Virus record (IMG/VR): IMGVR_UViG_3300035698_005399 | Coordinates: 1-64,000 of that record | Reading direction: 5' to 3' (one strand) | DNA length: 64,000 nucleotides | DNA from: a virus | Part shown: piece after piece, positions 28,072 to 37,552 of the stretch | Position numbering within the stretch: position 1 is the stretch's first letter | Layout of the letters: the number at the start of each line of letters is the position of its first letter | The notes under the pieces: model-generated | The model's input: the letters and a program-made list of their open reading frames with translations, nothing else | Database searches by the model: none | What the model was told of the DNA's origin: nothing | Program-made: the position numbers and the translations under genes

Positions 28072-28532
28072 TGACCTATCAAAAAGAAATAGCAGAACAA
28101 ATAAGTGATCTTATAGAAAAAAAAGGACTATTAGAATTATCTTATAAGGCATCTCAGGCATTCATTCAAGCTACCAAAGTATACTTGGTTATTTCAGATG
28201 CAAATGGCGGAAGGTTTATATGGATTAATCCAACATTAAAAGAAAAACTTGGTTTTGGATTCAAAGAACTAACTGAAAATAAAGCTATAGATTTTATTCA
28301 TCCTGATGACGTACAAGCTACTATTAATGCACAAAATAAATTATATGGGAAAACAATTTCTCCTGTAGACGGATTTACAAATAGATACATTACCAAAAGA
28401 AAAAAAATTATTTATATTGAATGGGTTGAAAATATTCGTTTAAATGGTACATGGTTTTCTATTGCAATTGATTCAACTGAAGATAAGTATGTTGAACAGA
28501 AAAAACTATACCCTGAGTTATGGCAAGATTAA
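28071..28532 (+). CDS. Stand-alone PAS domain protein
   Basis: VISDANGGRFIWINPTLKEKLGF...EL......DFIHPDD......FTNRYITK..KIIYIEW is a canonical PAS/PAC pattern. Confidence 0.85.
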   Translation: MTYQKEIAEQISDLIEKKGLLELSYKASQAFIQATKVYLVISDANGGRFIWINPTLKEKLGFGFKELTENKAIDFIHPDDVQATINAQNKLYGKTISPVDGFTNRYITKRKKIIYIEWVENIRLNGTWFSIAIDSTEDKYVEQKKLYPELWQD

Positions 28533-29122
28533 AAAGAAAAAACAGAATAGATACTGTCGTAGTAGAACCTGTTATAACAGAGCCTACTGAAGATGCTCCA
28601 TATGGCTATAAGAAGTCTGGTAAAGCTAAGAAACCACCATTAAAGGATAGAGAAGGCTGGCAGAAGTTTAAGGATGTCTTTCCTGATATAGGGGCAGGCA
28701 TTTTTGATATTGCAGGAAACTTCATTCCGGGTGCAGATTCTATTGCTGATATGATTAGAGGATTAGATGGACCCTCTGAAGAAGATAAAGCAGCGGCATT
28801 AGCTTATGCTAAGCAACTAGAACTAGACATGTTTGAAGCAGAAGTTAAAGATAGGGATTCTGCTAGAACAATGAACACAGAGTCTTTAAAATCCATAGAC
28901 TCATTTGTTAGAAGATTTCCATATTACTTAGCAGCAGGTGTACTTTTGATAGCTATGGTATTCATGGGACTAATTCTATTTGGAGGATTTATTATTGTGG
29001 GTGATGTAAGCTGGATGATTGTAGGCACACTGATGTCTGGATTCACAACCATTCTTGCATTCTTCTTTGGTAGCTCAATTGGTTCTAAGATGAAAGATGA
29101 GAAAGATAATATATTTAGATAA
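28520..29122 (+). CDS. Holin-like membrane protein (3TM/GTA holin-like)
   Basis: EVKDRDSAR, two C-terminal transmembrane helices, FFFGSS.GSK.KD tail. Confidence 0.75.
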   Translation: MARLKRKNRIDTVVVEPVITEPTEDAPYGYKKSGKAKKPPLKDREGWQKFKDVFPDIGAGIFDIAGNFIPGADSIADMIRGLDGPSEEDKAAALAYAKQLELDMFEAEVKDRDSARTMNTESLKSIDSFVRRFPYYLAAGVLLIAMVFMGLILFGGFIIVGDVSWMIVGTLMSGFTTILAFFFGSSIGSKMKDEKDNIFR

Positions 29123-29898
29123 TGAAACACACGGTAGAAACAACAAGGGAAATATTGGAAGAAACATTTAGCCAGTTAGTATTTGAAGAGGAGTTTCATA
29201 CATACACTATAGGTGACAGAACATTACCCAGTGTATCAAAAAAACTTACAAGATTTTATGATGCTTTTGATTCAGATAAAGTAGCATTCTATTATACAAA
29301 GAAATGGAATAAAAATAATCCAAATGAACAAAAGACAAAAGAACAAGTACTCCAAGAATGGAAAGATAAAAGCACTATTGCATTGGATAAAGGAAATGAA
29401 GTTCACGATTATGCTGAGTACTATCCTAAATTTCCAGAACCCGCCTACCTCGAACAAAGGGGTATCCTTGAATTCTTTAATAACTTACCCGATCATTATG
29501 AAGTAGTTTATGTTGAGCTTAGAATGCACAATGATAGATTTGCAGGAACAGCCGACTTAATTCTATTGAATACAAAAACTAATAAACTAGTTATTGTAGA
29601 TTGGAAAACCAATAAGGATTTGTTTAAAAACTTTAAACGTAAGAAATTATTATATCCTTTTGAAGGATTATTAGATGCTCCTATTAATCGTTATAAGATT
29701 CAACTGAATCATTATAAAATGTTAATAGAAGACATGACTGTCTTTGAAGTAGAAGACATGTGGGTTGCTTGGTTAACACAAAAAGAAGATCCTACCAGAA
29801 AAGCTAAATATATTGGAGAGAATTACATCCTATATAAGGTTTACAACTGGAGTAAAAAACTAAAAAGGTATTATGAGCAGCTTGAAATCCATATCTAG
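29122..29898 (+). CDS. PD-(D/E)XK nuclease (RecB/Cas4-like exonuclease)
   Basis: KGNEVHDYAE, VELRM, AGTADLI, IVDWKTNK, YKIQLNHY. Confidence 0.85.
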   Translation: MKHTVETTREILEETFSQLVFEEEFHTYTIGDRTLPSVSKKLTRFYDAFDSDKVAFYYTKKWNKNNPNEQKTKEQVLQEWKDKSTIALDKGNEVHDYAEYYPKFPEPAYLEQRGILEFFNNLPDHYEVVYVELRMHNDRFAGTADLILLNTKTNKLVIVDWKTNKDLFKNFKRKKLLYPFEGLLDAPINRYKIQLNHYKMLIEDMTVFEVEDMWVAWLTQKEDPTRKAKYIGENYILYKVYNWSKKLKRYYEQLEIHI

Positions 29899-30586
29899 TC
29901 ACACCGATGCAATTAGAGCATTAGTTAAAGAAACATCAGATGATTCAATTTATTCTGATGAATTTTTATATAAGCTATTAGTTGATAGTAGAGCAACTAT
30001 CCTTAGTCAAGAAATTACAAAGTATAAGTATATTTCTCAAGATAACTATCAGAGATTTTGCATGCCGCTTGATTCTACTAAGAATTCAGATTGTATAGAT
30101 TGCTTACCTATAGAAATTGCATGCGCAGGATTAGAAAATGTTTGGAAGAGTAGATATAAAATGCCTCTAGTAATTACTGGTAGAGATAAAGCTATGCTAT
30201 CAACATATAATGTAGATTTTACAATAAGTCTATCACCAAGTAACATGGAGCAAAGAAGTCTGCAGGAATATTCTAAAGTAAATCCTAATAGGGTTTCTTA
30301 TGAAATGAATAATAACAGCTTCTTCTTATTTAATAGAGACTGGCTTGTTGTACAGTTTAAAGGAATTTTTCATGATCCATCTGAATTAAGTGATATTAGA
30401 GTATGTAATACAGAAGGTGTTGAAGGTGGAGGAAATTGTTTTGACCCAGACACAGACCATTTTCCATTAGATCCTACCTTGAACGATAGAGTTTATAAAT
30501 TCGTATTAGAAAAATTAGGATACTCCAAACAAATTCCAGATGACATTACTAATGACGGTAAATCTTCAATAAGCAATGAAGTCTGA
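29873..30586 (+). CDS. Tail ring protein
   Basis: SDDS........L...RA.......Q.FC.PL, GIFHDP, FPL, PDDITND. Synteny before IHF, ring and muzzle genes. Confidence 0.7.
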   Translation: MSSLKSISSHTDAIRALVKETSDDSIYSDEFLYKLLVDSRATILSQEITKYKYISQDNYQRFCMPLDSTKNSDCIDCLPIEIACAGLENVWKSRYKMPLVITGRDKAMLSTYNVDFTISLSPSNMEQRSLQEYSKVNPNRVSYEMNNNSFFLFNRDWLVVQFKGIFHDPSELSDIRVCNTEGVEGGGNCFDPDTDHFPLDPTLNDRVYKFVLEKLGYSKQIPDDITNDGKSSISNEV

Positions 30587-30998
30587 AACACTAACTACAG
30601 CCAAAACATATAAGACCTATCAAGGTAAGCTTTCTAAAGAAGAGTACCTTACTATTAACGATAAGTTTAATAATATTCTTTTTGAAGAATTATTACACAC
30701 AGGAGATGCTATTACTTTACCCAAAGGAATGGGCCAACTGCAAGTTGTAAAGTTCAAGCCTACTAAGAAGCGAGCTGTAGACTTCAATGCAACCAAAAAA
30801 TATGGTAAAACTATTTACCATGATAATGTAGAAACTGATGGATATGCTGCTAGATTACACTGGCATAAAAAGTCTTATCGTTTTAAAAATAAGTATTTTT
30901 TTAGTTTTAGATTTACAAGACATCGTGTTAGATATGATGATTTCTCACTAACAAAATACATTAGAGAAAATGGTTTATACCACCTAACTGAGTTATGA
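30576..30998 (+). CDS. IHF/HU-like protein of the tail module
   Basis: LPKGMGQLQVVK...VDFNATKK..K.IYH.N.ETDGY.....W, as in the crAss-like tail-module IHF. Confidence 0.75.
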   Translation: MKSETLTTAKTYKTYQGKLSKEEYLTINDKFNNILFEELLHTGDAITLPKGMGQLQVVKFKPTKKRAVDFNATKKYGKTIYHDNVETDGYAARLHWHKKSYRFKNKYFFSFRFTRHRVRYDDFSLTKYIRENGLYHLTEL

Positions 30999-31831
30999 CA
31001 AAAACCGTACAATACGTTCCATTAGAGGCTACACTACGACCAGTATATACTACGCTACCCAGCAGTAACATTGAATTTGATACCATCTTAGAATGGGCCT
31101 ATGATGCAATGGAAGCTATTGAAGTTAGATATACCTTCCAAGAAAATGTCGAATTCCTACAAGTTGTCAACCATAGAGCTATGGTGCCAGTTGGTTTAAA
31201 GTATATTGAACAATTACTATACAAGCTTAGTCTTGATAATGATGAAGAAGAAGTAATCTTGGACATCCTTAGACAAGACCAAGATGGTAATAATGAAACA
31301 CCAACCACAACTGCAGATCAATACTTCTTATCTCCTATAGTAAGAAGTAGCTGGAGTCCGCTTAGAGCTAGTACCAGCATCTGGACTAGACAAGTGCATT
31401 GTGCAGTTAGCCCAAATTTATATGCTACATCTGAACATGAATATACAATAGATCCAGGCGGTTGCATTACTACATCCTTTGAAGATGGGTTTATAGCAAT
31501 CGCTTGTTTGTCTCATCCTAAAAATTCCCAAGGTCAATTCCTTGTTCCTGATGAGAGAGATTATAGAAGGGCTGTTGAAAATTATATTCTATTCAAATAT
31601 TGGGAGCTTAGATATAATATGAAAGAAGAAGGCGCAGATAAAAGAATGATGTATTACCAACAACAATGGGATATATTTGCTGCTAAAGTATCTGGAGATC
31701 TTATGTTATTCTCTTTAGATGGTTTACAGAACTTCCAAGATCAAATGTTACGTATTGGGCCAAACACAGATAGCTACCACTCAGGATATGGAAATTTAGG
31801 TAGAAGAGAAGTGACAAAATTTCATAACTAA
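30995..31831 (+). CDS. Tail ring / tubular adaptor protein
   Basis: ILEWAYDAM, V.NHRA.VP, ITTSFEDG.I.I.....P....G..LVPD. Confidence 0.75.
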   Translation: MTKTVQYVPLEATLRPVYTTLPSSNIEFDTILEWAYDAMEAIEVRYTFQENVEFLQVVNHRAMVPVGLKYIEQLLYKLSLDNDEEEVILDILRQDQDGNNETPTTTADQYFLSPIVRSSWSPLRASTSIWTRQVHCAVSPNLYATSEHEYTIDPGGCITTSFEDGFIAIACLSHPKNSQGQFLVPDERDYRRAVENYILFKYWELRYNMKEEGADKRMMYYQQQWDIFAAKVSGDLMLFSLDGLQNFQDQMLRIGPNTDSYHSGYGNLGRREVTKFHN

Positions 31832-34800
31832 TGAATAATTTCAGTCAAGGAATGAATAGAGATGCAGGAGACAAGTTTAGGCCAAATTCATCTTGGCCTT
31901 TCGCATTGAATGCTGTTAATGTATCTCGTGATGGAAATAAATCTTCTATTATAAATGAAGAAGGTAATAAAACTTGTGGTGATTTACCAGAAGGATTTGA
32001 TATCATTGGCCATGCTGAATCTAATTCAGACCTGACCTATTTATTTTTAACTGATAATACAGTAAGTATAATTGCCACTATTGATAATAATTGCAATTAT
32101 AATGAAATTGTTAGAAGTTCTTGTTTAAATTTTAAAGATTATCATGCTATCGATGCTCAATATAAAGAAGTAGATGGTTGTGAACCAGCTTTATATTGGG
32201 TAGATAATTTCAATTTAGATAAACAAGTTAATATTGCTGAACTTAGAACATACATTGATAATGATGCATTAGCAACTGCTTGGTTTGCTGCTAATGGTAC
32301 ACCATTACCCAAAAGTTTTAAAGATGGATTTTATATTCAACAAGCAAATATATATGATGCTTGGAATTGTAATGCATTTAAACAAGTTAAAGATATTAAA
32401 GTTCCTGTAATTACATTCAATAAAATGCTAGATTCAGGTGGACAATTAGAAGCAGGTGCTTATCAAGTTGTTGTTAGATACATTGATTTAGATGATAATA
32501 GAACAGATTGGTTTGCTCCTACATTACCTGTACCAATTATTGATGAGGATTATAATGGTCCTTATACATGTATTGATGGATGCCTAGCAGGTACAACTAC
32601 TAGTAAAGCACTTGAATATAATATTACTAATATAGATACATCATATCCTTATTTTGAAGTAGCTTATATTCATACTAGTGAAAATGTTGAAACTGCTTAT
32701 ATTGAAAGTAAGAATTCTACATTTAGTCTGACATTTTTACTTACTGGTACTGCAGAAGAACAACTTGATGTAGTTGATATCAATGTATCTACTGCAAAGT
32801 GGGCAGTGAGTAAAGGATTAATACAACATCACAATAAATTAATTAAATATGGTGTAAAGGAAAGAGATATTGATCACACGGCTTTTACTCGTAGTGCATT
32901 AAATATTAAAAGTAGATATTGGATATCTGATGTAGATCATGATCATAAAGAATTTGGTATTAAAACACCATATTATTACTCTAGAACTAGAGGTTATATG
33001 CGAGATGAAGTATATGCTTTTGCTGTAGTTTGGGTATTTAATGATGGTTCTAAAACAACACCTTATCATATTCCTGGTAGAGCTAAAGATACAACTTCAC
33101 AAGGAGTCGTAATGGGATATACAGGATTATTAAATACAAATGCTGGTGCCCATATAACAGGTGAATGGGATAGTACAACATATAGTGATGCATCATCTTT
33201 CACAGGATGGTCTGCAGAAGACATTAAATATCTTCAAGACCAAGGTTATTCCGATACTGAAATTGAAAGATGGATGGTTTATAATACCGCATTACCAGAT
33301 GATACCCCCGCATCTGGTACTAATGGCTCAGGAGAGCTGGCCTTTTACGAATCCAAGGATTACACATATCCTGAAATCACTTCGTGTGATGGAACCCGCG
33401 TATACGAGCAATTGTCTGGTACACCAATTCGCTACCATAAAATGCCTGATGCTACTCTTGAGCCGTTACACTATCAAGATACTAATGATAATAATAATTT
33501 ACTAACTAGAAGTTTAGGTATGGAATTTGATAATGTAGTACCCCCAGTAGAATATGCAGATCAAATCCAAGGTTATTATATTGTACGAGCTAAAGTTACA
33601 CCAGAAAATCAAAGCATTATCTCCAAAGGAGTAATGTGGAATACTACTTATGTTGATCCATCATCAAATTTAAGATTTCCAAGACCTACTTACTGGTGGA
33701 CTAGAAAAATAGCAACTACATTTGGTATTTCTGATTCTGAAAGAACCCATACTGAATTCTGGAGTAATGAATCAACATTTAATTCAGATGATTTGTCTAA
33801 AGCATCTCATTTTAAAATGGAAAATGAAATTTCGGGAGACAGAGGCGTTGTTTATTTAGGTAGTTGTGATGTTGGTGCTAGAGTAGCATTTCAGGATACT
33901 ACATTTAATAAAAATCCATTAACTCCATCATACGGACATACCAATAGATCATTTAATACTAGTGGTTATCTTCCATTAAATTCCATTATTTCAGATTTCT
34001 TTGGAGAAAATTTTTATAATGTAGGAAGAGAAACCAAATATCTTGTTCAATTTGAAGATGCCTATAGGCCACAAAGTCCTATAATATCTTCATCAGATAA
34101 TTATGGAACCAATGAGACATTTGGTTATTATACTGCGGCTAAACAATTTCTACCAAATCAATATGGGAACATTGATGGTTTAATATACTACTCTTGTAGT
34201 ACTATGCATTTAGCTACTGATCCTTTATATCATTTTAGAAGAATATTTGGTGGAGATACATTTATTAGTGAATTAAATTTTAGAAGATTTCAAGGTGAAA
34301 ACCCTGCAGATTTTGATTTTAGTGGTTTGAGTGGATCTTGTGCTAGTCGTTCAGATATTATGGTAAGAGTAAATGCCGGATCTCATACTAAGTGCTATAC
34401 TGAATCTAGAATTAATGCTGATCTACGGCATACATTAGGAGCAATAACAGTTGTAAATGATTCTAGTGGTGATCCAACTAATGTAGATGATGGGTATTTA
34501 CCAAAAGCCATTTGTAAAAAATTACCATTTGACACAGATGATTACTATACAGAACAAATTGCTAAAGCTTGGGAAGTAGATAATACGTTTGAATATAATT
34601 CAGATTTTTCAAAAGAAAACGAATTGCTTCCAATATTTCCATTAAGTTTTACATTTGATTATTGTTCAGATTGTCAGGCCGAATATCCATATAGATTTGT
34701 ATGGAGTCAATCTGCATTTGGTCAAGAGCAAGTAGATAACTATAGTGTGTTCTTAGCTAATGATTTTAAAGATATTCCTCAACATAAAGGAAGACTTGAA

Positions 34801-36192
34801 ACAGCATTTATTAAATCACATCAGTTATATTTCTTAACTGAGCAAGCATTATTTATGCAACCTACTGATGATCAAGCCTTACAGACAAATGAAAATGTTT
34901 TATACGTGGGCTCAGGAGCCTTTGGTAGACTTGATCCTAAAGAAGTAGTAAGTACTGATTATGGTTTTGCTGGTAGTGTTAGCCAATGGGCTGTAAAGAC
35001 TACTGATGCCGGAACCTTCTGGCCTGATATTAATCAAGGTAAAGTATTTGTGTTATCCAATCAATTGAACGCCATATCAGAAGTTGGTATGGAATCATGG
35101 TTTACAGAAAAAATGAATAATTCATTTGCTAATGCTTGGGAAAATAATGCTGGTAAACCATATCCTCTAGCTGATACACCACAAGCTTATAATGGTGTTG
35201 GTGCACAAATTAGTTATGACTTAAGATACAGACGACTCATATTAACATATAAAGACTGGGAAATTACACCTAGAGCACAAGCTCTAATTGGTAATGGTAA
35301 TCTAATTTATAATTTAGAAACAAGTAAATTTGAATTACTTGTACCTGATGCACTAATTGGTTTAGTGGGGAATAATAATCCTACTGAAATATCAACCAGT
35401 AAATTTGCAGAAAGTACGGACGAAACATCAGAAACTCCACAAGCATTTGGTACTAGAGTATATGCCAGCTTTAATGTTGATGATATTAAAGAATACTTCC
35501 AGAACAAAAGCTTTACTGTAAGCTACAGTATGCATACCAATACATGGATTAGCTTTCATAGTTATATTCCATCTTATATCTTTAATACCAATCAATTTTT
35601 CTTTACATCTGCTAATAATGGATTATGGAAGCATGATGAAAGAAATTTCCAAACTTTCTATGGCATCAAGAAAGACCATATCATTGAATATACACATACA
35701 AGTAGTTTCCAAACACAGAAGTATGATAGTATTCATTATGTATCTGATGTACAAGACTATGATACAGCATTGAAGTCTTGGAAAGATGTTCCTGCTATTA
35801 CGTTTGATAAAGTGATTGTATATACAGATACACAATCTACTGGTAAAACAGATATTATCAATGGTAGTGATAGTTACATTGAAGAACTCACATACAACCC
35901 AGATAACATTACTGTACACAGGCATGATAGAACATGGAAGATGAATAAGATTAGAGATATGGTTGTGGACTATACTGTACCACTCTTTAGACTTAACGCT
36001 GCAGCATTAGAAGCTGATTACTTTATTGATAAAGTTCCTAATACAGCAGCTACATCAAGCACTAAAGATATCTATGAACAAGGTAGAATCAGGAATAAAT
36101 TTTGCAATACCAGATTGTTCTTTAATCCATTGAATGACTATCGTATTGTAACAGATATTGTAACAACAATGACTAGAAACTCTATTCGTTAA
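31831..36192 (+). CDS. Muzzle / tail stabilisation protein
   Basis: FSQGMNRD, NEEGN, LYWVD, GYMRDEVY.FAVV, IFGGDTFI, WISFHSY.P; 1453 aa. Confidence 0.85.
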   Translation: MNNFSQGMNRDAGDKFRPNSSWPFALNAVNVSRDGNKSSIINEEGNKTCGDLPEGFDIIGHAESNSDLTYLFLTDNTVSIIATIDNNCNYNEIVRSSCLNFKDYHAIDAQYKEVDGCEPALYWVDNFNLDKQVNIAELRTYIDNDALATAWFAANGTPLPKSFKDGFYIQQANIYDAWNCNAFKQVKDIKVPVITFNKMLDSGGQLEAGAYQVVVRYIDLDDNRTDWFAPTLPVPIIDEDYNGPYTCIDGCLAGTTTSKALEYNITNIDTSYPYFEVAYIHTSENVETAYIESKNSTFSLTFLLTGTAEEQLDVVDINVSTAKWAVSKGLIQHHNKLIKYGVKERDIDHTAFTRSALNIKSRYWISDVDHDHKEFGIKTPYYYSRTRGYMRDEVYAFAVVWVFNDGSKTTPYHIPGRAKDTTSQGVVMGYTGLLNTNAGAHITGEWDSTTYSDASSFTGWSAEDIKYLQDQGYSDTEIERWMVYNTALPDDTPASGTNGSGELAFYESKDYTYPEITSCDGTRVYEQLSGTPIRYHKMPDATLEPLHYQDTNDNNNLLTRSLGMEFDNVVPPVEYADQIQGYYIVRAKVTPENQSIISKGVMWNTTYVDPSSNLRFPRPTYWWTRKIATTFGISDSERTHTEFWSNESTFNSDDLSKASHFKMENEISGDRGVVYLGSCDVGARVAFQDTTFNKNPLTPSYGHTNRSFNTSGYLPLNSIISDFFGENFYNVGRETKYLVQFEDAYRPQSPIISSSDNYGTNETFGYYTAAKQFLPNQYGNIDGLIYYSCSTMHLATDPLYHFRRIFGGDTFISELNFRRFQGENPADFDFSGLSGSCASRSDIMVRVNAGSHTKCYTESRINADLRHTLGAITVVNDSSGDPTNVDDGYLPKAICKKLPFDTDDYYTEQIAKAWEVDNTFEYNSDFSKENELLPIFPLSFTFDYCSDCQAEYPYRFVWSQSAFGQEQVDNYSVFLANDFKDIPQHKGRLETAFIKSHQLYFLTEQALFMQPTDDQALQTNENVLYVGSGAFGRLDPKEVVSTDYGFAGSVSQWAVKTTDAGTFWPDINQGKVFVLSNQLNAISEVGMESWFTEKMNNSFANAWENNAGKPYPLADTPQAYNGVGAQISYDLRYRRLILTYKDWEITPRAQALIGNGNLIYNLETSKFELLVPDALIGLVGNNNPTEISTSKFAESTDETSETPQAFGTRVYASFNVDDIKEYFQNKSFTVSYSMHTNTWISFHSYIPSYIFNTNQFFFTSANNGLWKHDERNFQTFYGIKKDHIIEYTHTSSFQTQKYDSIHYVSDVQDYDTALKSWKDVPAITFDKVIVYTDTQSTGKTDIINGSDSYIEELTYNPDNITVHRHDRTWKMNKIRDMVVDYTVPLFRLNAAALEADYFIDKVPNTAATSSTKDIYEQGRIRNKFCNTRLFFNPLNDYRIVTDIVTTMTRNSIR

Positions 36193-36198
36193 CATGCG

Positions 36199-36217
36199 TG
36201 TTAAAATAATTTTAACA
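36199..36217. promoter_or_regulatory. Palindrome upstream of the cargo genes
   Basis: tgttaaaat-a-attttaaca, 9-bp arms. Confidence 0.4.
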
Positions 36218-36253
36218 AAGGAAACTAAAACTTAAAAAAAATGGTTATATATT

Positions 36254-37552
36254 ATGATGCCTACTAACTATAATCGAATTAAGAAATTAGCCAATGGTGG
36301 TGATACAGATGACCCACCTGCAAAAAGGTCTATGGCTACTGAACCAGGAGGCATACCTGCTAGATCAAGCCTATTACATCAAGGGATTCGTAGTATGGCA
36401 GATGTAGCTCTCCCGCATAACGCTGCTCAACTCGTAGCACATTTGATTACTGGAGATCAAAACTATGGATTAAAAGATAGTACTCCGGGCGCACGACATG
36501 CTTTAACTAGAGCCGCTTTAGCCTCAATGGCTAGAACTGGAAAGAATCAAGGCCAAATTACATATGAAGACTATGGCGAACAAATGCCATCTACTATAGA
36601 ACATTTTAATGCTTCAAAAGGAGAAGCAATGGGGGCTAGTGCTATGTCTATTGATTTTAGAGCAGCTACAGAATTTGGAAAAGCTGGTTACAGTTATGAT
36701 CCAGAAACAGGCGATATTAAGTTTACAGATCGTTATGATTGGAATAAAGTAAAAGATCCCGGAGAAGGATATGGTGAAATACGAGCCATAGTAGGAGATA
36801 TTGCTCCCAACATGGAGCAAGAAAAACAACCACCACAATACATTGGGCAAACTAATGTTAATGCATATAATCGTACTAAATTTTTATACCCTAACACATA
36901 TGATACATATAGCAGGTTTCATAAAGCTAATATGGGGCCAGTAGATAATGTTGTAGATGGTACAATAGATGGTGTAATAGACATATTTAAAGGTCGTTCA
37001 AATATAGTAAACAATGTACAAGAACAAATACAACAAGGTGCTGGGCAAGCACAAGAAGCAATTCAACAAGGAGCCAACCAATTGCAACAAGGTATTGGTC
37101 AAGTCCGTAAACGATTAGGCTTTGAAGATGGTGGTAAAATAAATACTCCAATGAATCATAGATACAAGCGCGTTAAAAAAATGGCTGCTGGAGGTGGTAT
37201 TGAACAAGGCATAAGTAGTATTGCTCCTTTGCTTAACTTTCTTCCTGGTGTTGGACAATTAGCAGCACCTATGATGGGTGCTCTTGCCCCTTTATTTGGT
37301 GCAATGACTGAAACCAAACCCCTTATCCCATCCGCAGCACATTCAGCATCAAATCTGAACATAGCACCTAAGTCTTTAGCTAATGGTGGACCAACACAAT
37401 CACATAATGTTCATGGTGGTTTACTAAACTTTAATGGCCCATCACATGCTAAAGGAGGTATTCCTTTTCAAGGAGTAGAGGTTGAAGGTGGTGAAACTAA
37501 TTGGAAAGATTATGTGTTTTCTGATAGACTAAAATACAAACATGCTAAATAA
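36254..37552 (+). CDS. Putative ejected cargo protein with xxxGG motifs
   Basis: LANGG, FEDGG, MAAGG, LANGG; an amphipathic helix; GPSHAKGGI...EVEGGET...YVFSD. Follows the muzzle gene. Confidence 0.75.
   Translation: MMPTNYNRIKKLANGGDTDDPPAKRSMATEPGGIPARSSLLHQGIRSMADVALPHNAAQLVAHLITGDQNYGLKDSTPGARHALTRAALASMARTGKNQGQITYEDYGEQMPSTIEHFNASKGEAMGASAMSIDFRAATEFGKAGYSYDPETGDIKFTDRYDWNKVKDPGEGYGEIRAIVGDIAPNMEQEKQPPQYIGQTNVNAYNRTKFLYPNTYDTYSRFHKANMGPVDNVVDGTIDGVIDIFKGRSNIVNNVQEQIQQGAGQAQEAIQQGANQLQQGIGQVRKRLGFEDGGKINTPMNHRYKRVKKMAAGGGIEQGISSIAPLLNFLPGVGQLAAPMMGALAPLFGAMTETKPLIPSAAHSASNLNIAPKSLANGGPTQSHNVHGGLLNFNGPSHAKGGIPFQGVEVEGGETNWKDYVFSDRLKYKHAK

Noticed and set aside
37530-37552. Programmed frameshift fusing the two cargo genes
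   Set aside because: There is no clear slippery heptamer, and the second gene has its own ATG with an ordinary 11-nt overlap.
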